Part shown: positions 61,977 to 64,000 of the stretch, in pieces
How the letters are laid out: each line of letters opens with the position of its first letter
Position numbering within the stretch: position 1 is the stretch's first letter
The notes under the pieces: generated by a model
Told to the model about the DNA's origin: nothing
What the model saw: the letters and a program-made list of their open reading frames with translations, nothing else
Databases searched by the model: none
DNA from: a virus
DNA length: 64,000 nt
Reading direction: 5' to 3' (one strand)
IMG/VR virus record: IMGVR_UViG_3300045988_123588
Program-made: the position numbers and the translations under genes

Positions 61977-63503
61977 ATGTCAATGACTCAGCAGAACACC
62001 GATGTAATGGTGTTAAGTGCAGCTCATAGCTTGATGGTATCAGATGTGCCAGAAATAGTTATAGATGCTCACTCTCTTTCTGAAAACTTCTATAAGGGCA
62101 CTGGCAACTTCAGTGAAGACCCTAAGAAGTCACTGGAAAGGTTTGGTATGTGGGGAGGCACTTTGAATGTCAACCAGTTCATGCCAGAAGTAACTCCAGA
62201 AATGTTAAAACCCAAGGACAGTGACTTTATAGAGCCAATGTTCAGAATGCTTTCTGCCGCAATAGTGGCAAGGAAGTATAATCCCACTGAGTTTCCAGAA
62301 GCAGTACTGAAGGAATCTATGCCCTTATTGGTAGGTCAATCAGTTAATCTTGACCATGAGACTGATGTGGCTAATGCCATTGGAGCAGTTAAGTCTGTAG
62401 AGTGGCAAGAAGCTTATAAGGATGAAAAGACTGGGATAATTATCCCTGCTGGTATCAATGGTATCCTGAAGATAGACGGTCTTTCAAATCCTCGTATAGC
62501 TCGTGGTATTCAAATGGACCCTCCGTCCATACACTCTAACTCTGTAACTGTAGAGTTTGCATGGGAACCATCTCATGTCTTTGAAGATATATGGGAGTTC
62601 TATTCTAAACTTGGTACCTATACCGAGAATGGAGAGTTAATTCGTAGGGTTGTTACCAAGATTATATCTTATAAAGAGACATCTCTGGTATGGCATGGGG
62701 CAGACCCGTTTGCCCAGCTTATCAAAAGCGGTAAATTAAACAGCCCTGCTTATGCAGGAAGTCAGTACTATTCTTTCTCTGAAGAAAAAGCTGCCGAAGC
62801 AAATGACCCAGCAAAGAGGGTATCTATGTTCGACTTCAAGGTTCTTTCTGAAAAAGATATAAAGTACAATACCACCCAATCTAATAATGAAAAGGGTGCC
62901 GGAAAGGGTAACCACAATAACCAAACAAATAAAACAAACATGGACAAAGAATTGCAGCAAGTGCTAGCGAGCCTCTTTGGTGAAAATCTTTTGACCCTTT
63001 CTGAAGGTCAGGAAGTTTCGACAGAGCTGGCTCTCACCCAGATTAAAAACCTGGTACAGCAGAATCAGAGCCTCACAAATGACGTGGCTACCAAAGACAC
63101 TGAGATTCAGACTCTCAAGGAAGAGAAAGCAAATCTCGAGAAAGACGTAGAGTCTTACAAGGAAGCAAAGAAAAACTGGGACGGTCATATCAAATCCTTC
63201 CGTGAGGAAACGGTGGCTGCCTACAAGAAAGTTTCCGGCGAGGAGAATGTAGACCAGAATATCCTGGCACTACTGGAGAACGAAGGAACTACCATGGAAA
63301 CTCTCAGTGCTCTGCGTAAAACTTATGACGCACAGCTGGAAGACAAATTCCCGATGCACTGCAACCATTGCGGTTCTCAGGACGTGGGCCGGGCATCTTC
63401 TATAAATCCCGAGGGAGAAGATGAGACGAAGAACGGAGATAAGTCCACTAAGGCAGTTGCCCAAGCTCTGGCTGACCGGAAACTCCGAGGAGAAAAGAAA
63501 TAA
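61977..63503 (+). CDS. prohead protease - scaffold fusion
   Basis: N-terminal LVGQSVNLDHETDVANAIG resembles the HK97-type protease motif; C-terminal coiled-coil (LTNDVATKDTEIQTLKEEKANLEKDVESYKEAKK). Confidence 0.5.
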   Translation: MSMTQQNTDVMVLSAAHSLMVSDVPEIVIDAHSLSENFYKGTGNFSEDPKKSLERFGMWGGTLNVNQFMPEVTPEMLKPKDSDFIEPMFRMLSAAIVARKYNPTEFPEAVLKESMPLLVGQSVNLDHETDVANAIGAVKSVEWQEAYKDEKTGIIIPAGINGILKIDGLSNPRIARGIQMDPPSIHSNSVTVEFAWEPSHVFEDIWEFYSKLGTYTENGELIRRVVTKIISYKETSLVWHGADPFAQLIKSGKLNSPAYAGSQYYSFSEEKAAEANDPAKRVSMFDFKVLSEKDIKYNTTQSNNEKGAGKGNHNNQTNKTNMDKELQQVLASLFGENLLTLSEGQEVSTELALTQIKNLVQQNQSLTNDVATKDTEIQTLKEEKANLEKDVESYKEAKKNWDGHIKSFREETVAAYKKVSGEENVDQNILALLENEGTTMETLSALRKTYDAQLEDKFPMHCNHCGSQDVGRASSINPEGEDETKNGDKSTKAVAQALADRKLRGEKK

Positions 63504-63535
63504 CAGAGAAAGTAACTTAAATTTCAAATTAAACT

Positions 63536-63988
63536 ATGGCAGACTTACACAAAGTGGGTTCCCGAACCCCGCAGGCTGTGATTTACAAGAGTGAATCGCA
63601 CAAGCTTCATCAGGCATTCCCGGTAAAGAAAGGTGATATCATCGTTCAGGGCCAGCCTGTAAAACTGAACAACGACGGTACAATTTCTCCGTATACCGGG
63701 GCAGAGGGCGAAATGTATATCGGTATCGCCATCGGTTATAGTCAGCACCCAGCATATCCTCCTACGGCAGCCGGCGTAGAGGTAACGGTAATGGTACAGG
63801 GCTACACCGTTATCCACGGCATTGCGAAACAGGAAGTAGCAACCACTGGTTATGTACAGACCGACGGTACACTGGATGACAGTGGCATATATCCCAACTA
63901 TAGCCCGTCGGCATCAAATGCCGAGACTCCTTTCCTGGCCATCAATACGGCAGAGGTTGGTGAACTGGTACGAATCCTCGTAAAATAA
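63536..63988 (+). CDS. head decoration / DUF2190-like small capsid protein
   Basis: 150 aa, Gly/Val/Ala-rich, located between the scaffold gene and the expected major capsid gene; GC-rich codons. Confidence 0.45.
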   Translation: MADLHKVGSRTPQAVIYKSESHKLHQAFPVKKGDIIVQGQPVKLNNDGTISPYTGAEGEMYIGIAIGYSQHPAYPPTAAGVEVTVMVQGYTVIHGIAKQEVATTGYVQTDGTLDDSGIYPNYSPSASNAETPFLAINTAEVGELVRILVK

Positions 63989-64000
63989 CAAAAAAAAAAC

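Noticed and set aside
63536-63988. Calling this ORF the major capsid protein
   Set aside because: At 150 aa it is far too small for an HK97-fold capsid protein. Its size, composition and position fit a decoration/DUF2190-type protein, and the capsid gene probably lies beyond the window.

Overview
This window is most of a tightly packed dsDNA tailed-phage genome, coded almost entirely on the + strand. Contractile-tail baseplate genes sit at the left edge and terminase, portal, protease-scaffold and decoration genes at the right edge. From left to right it contains:

- **Baseplate and lysis:** hub, spike, gp25/W-like, J-like and I-like genes, then a membrane protein, an Amidase_3-type endolysin and a fibre candidate.
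- **Divergent sigma-like gene** on the minus strand.
- **T4-style replication and recombination set:** DnaB-like helicase, primase, UvsW-like helicase, family A DNA polymerase, gp32-like SSB, RecA/UvsX, FEN, Mre11/Rad50, a resolvase and a GroES-like protein.
- **Pyrimidine-nucleotide module,** unusually rich and interleaved with the replication genes: a trimeric dUTPase, an all-alpha dUTPase/dCTPase-like NTPase, three ThyA-fold proteins, one ThyX-fold protein, a P-loop kinase and three tRNAs.
- **Regulators:** a NusG/RfaH-like protein and an HTH protein.
- **GC-rich islands** encoding a poly-acidic protein and several lysine-rich proteins.
- **About 45 small ORFs,** split into units by nine near-identical Bacteroidota-type promoters (-33 TTTG, -7 TAnnTTTG).
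- **A ~1.9 kb region** that is almost non-coding and dense in short motifs.
- **A minus-strand accessory block** with four individually insulated paralogous cassettes, small membrane proteins and an HNH endonuclease.
- **A C5-MTase-like gene,** followed by the packaging and head genes.

I saw no integrase, repressor, CRISPR array or rRNA. The strongest candidate for something new is the pyrimidine module, which looks like a deoxycytidine (hyper)modification pathway. All names rest on motif recognition and synteny read by eye. No database search was possible.
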